Shown here: one piece after another, positions 62,498 to 64,000 of the stretch
Numbering within the stretch: position 1 is the stretch's first letter
How the letters are laid out: the number at the start of each line of letters is the position of its first letter
Origin: Phoronis australis
Taxonomy: Eukaryota; Animalia; Phoronida
Length of the DNA stretch: 64,000 nt
Assembly: GCA_002633005.1 (NCBI GenBank)
Contig: NMRA01000208.1
Span: 344,956 to 408,955, forward strand
Direction: 5' to 3'
Translations under genes and position numbers: made by a program
The notes under the pieces: generated by a model
Database searches by the model: none
What the model was told of the DNA's origin: nothing
What the model saw: the letters and a program-made list of their open reading frames with translations, nothing else

Positions 62498-62570
62498 GAG
62501 ACAGTGTGGCTTATTGGTATTAGCTCCGGATTCCCGTTTGCGAGACCAGAGTTTGAATCCTGGCTTTACT
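62498..62570 (+). mobile_element. tRNA-derived SINE head
   Basis: A-box-like TGGCTTATTGG and B-box-like GTTTGAATCC. Confidence 0.45.
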
Positions 62571-62976
62571 GGCAGACAATCGAGCATTGAAGTGTAAAGA
62601 TGAGAAAGACAGAAATAACGAAATGTACGCACGATAATGAGTTGGTACACGTTTTTTTATTTTTATTTTGTGTTGATTTGTGTGTTAAATAAACATTCGC
62701 ATCGTCATGTGTAATTTTTATGCAATTTTGCATCAAATTTATTTCAATTAGCGTTGTACATGTAGGCCTTAATAATGCTGAATACTAACACCACATTAGT
62801 CCCGAACCAACTTAATTTCATTATTCTCAAAATCTTGAATACTACACCGGAATGAGCGGGTTTTCTTTTAGGTGGATTTCGTCCTCAAATCTCGAGTCAC
62901 TCGTGAAGGTAATGCCGCTGAAGCTGAGTCTGCACGTGACGGATTTCTCCTGGCTTTAAAAAATTCACACAGATCA

Positions 62977-63224
62977 GGGACCCGTTCCAACAAAACTGAC
63001 TTAGCTAAGACAAATCTCAAATTTAGTAAATTTTAAAATAAGACTTAAATTTGTCTCGATACTGTTTCAGGAAAGAGATCTTATGTTTGAATTAAGTATT
63101 TAATAAAAGTTTGTCTTAATTTTAACTATCTTACCGGATGTGGAAGTTTCAACGTATGGAAGTTAAGACAAATCTTATACTTGAGTCAAAAATGAACTTA
63201 AGTCAGTTTCTTGGAACGGGCCCC
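62977..63224. mobile_element. PIF/Harbinger-like MITE (copy of 42868-43089)
   Basis: GGGACCCGTTCCAA...TTGGAACGGGCCC ends; the body is homologous to the first copy. Confidence 0.8.
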
Positions 63225-63418
63225 TGGTCTGATTTTCATATCTCCCCACCCATTTTCAAAAGTTAGGAGTTGCTCTCACTTTATACGTTTGTCCACTTGC
63301 TATCTAAGTTTCAGTACTATACTTTTGTAAAATTGAATATTTTCAACTGTATGTTCCTAAACTTCATTTTTTCACTTTGTATGTTGTCTTTTATGAAAAA
63401 ATCATTCATATAATATTG

Positions 63419-63594
63419 TATAAATATAGATTATTACATGGCGAAGTCATTATCCCCCGTTATCTAGAGCCCGAGTGGATTTTGGAGAATTATCGCCCGA
63501 GGGGCGTCAGCCCCGAGGGTGATAATTCTGCAAAATCCACGAGGGCTCTAGATAAGGGGGATAACGACTGAGAACATGTAATAATCTATTTATA
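63419..63594. repeat. ~175-bp near-perfect palindrome with a 3-5-nt loop
   Basis: atagattattacatg...ttatctagagccc..gtggatttt..agaattatc.ccc gaggggc-gtca-gcccc gaggg.gataattct..aaaatccac..gggctctagataa...catgtaataatctat. Confidence 0.9.
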
Positions 63595-64000
63595 CCACAT
63601 ACTAAACGAGAAACATTGCAATGAATCTATCTACCTTTCTCGACTCGCCTCGGCATTGTAACTACTTTCTATGTCAGAGGACCGGGGTCGGAGGTCGTGA
63701 CCTTTTAAGAAAAGCCGAGCTATTTTTGTCAAATAATGCTTATACTCAAAACCAATTAGAAATTTAAACAAAATAGAAATGAAGTGAATCTCTAAATTTA
63801 GGTTAAGCAACTACTATAGCTTAAAACACGTTTTTTACACGCTAAGCTTCGACCGGGAAATTATCGTCTGCTAAAGTAGGTTACCACTGGTAACTGAATA
63901 TAATTCTCAAGTCAAAGATCCTGACGACACGATACCCGCATTCAAACTGGAGATCGGTGATTTACAAGTAAGAGGACATGAGAGAAAAATTTCACTGAAT

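Overview
AT-rich, intron-containing eukaryotic DNA, most consistent with a bilaterian invertebrate (inference), with one assembly gap (57629-58556). Supported genes: (1) an 8-coding-exon SLC36/PAT proton-coupled amino-acid transporter (+, 7018-18517, 492 aa, all junctions GT-AG and in phase); (2) a 553-aa orphan ORF with a C-terminal hydrophobic anchor (-, 28893-30554); (3) a two-exon secreted protein of about 1372 aa with signal peptide, furin site, very long coiled coil, Thr-rich mucin stalk and C-terminal olfactomedin domain (-, 43800-49602); (4) an intronless class A GPCR (+, 60875-61906). A small spliced gene or pseudogene may lie at 533-1414 (-). The rest is mostly mobile DNA: MITEs of hAT, Harbinger, Kolobok and TA-target type, tRNA-derived SINE heads, a decayed Gypsy pol, a 5'-truncated Tx1/L1 copy inside a minisatellite, and a Penelope fragment with a hammerhead-like motif. 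The most striking structure is a Helentron-type (HINE) element at 23478-26331. Its internal satellite of about 150-bp monomers, arranged as a 3-monomer higher-order repeat, carries 19 co-oriented CTCF-consensus-like motifs, which makes it a candidate mobile insulator array.
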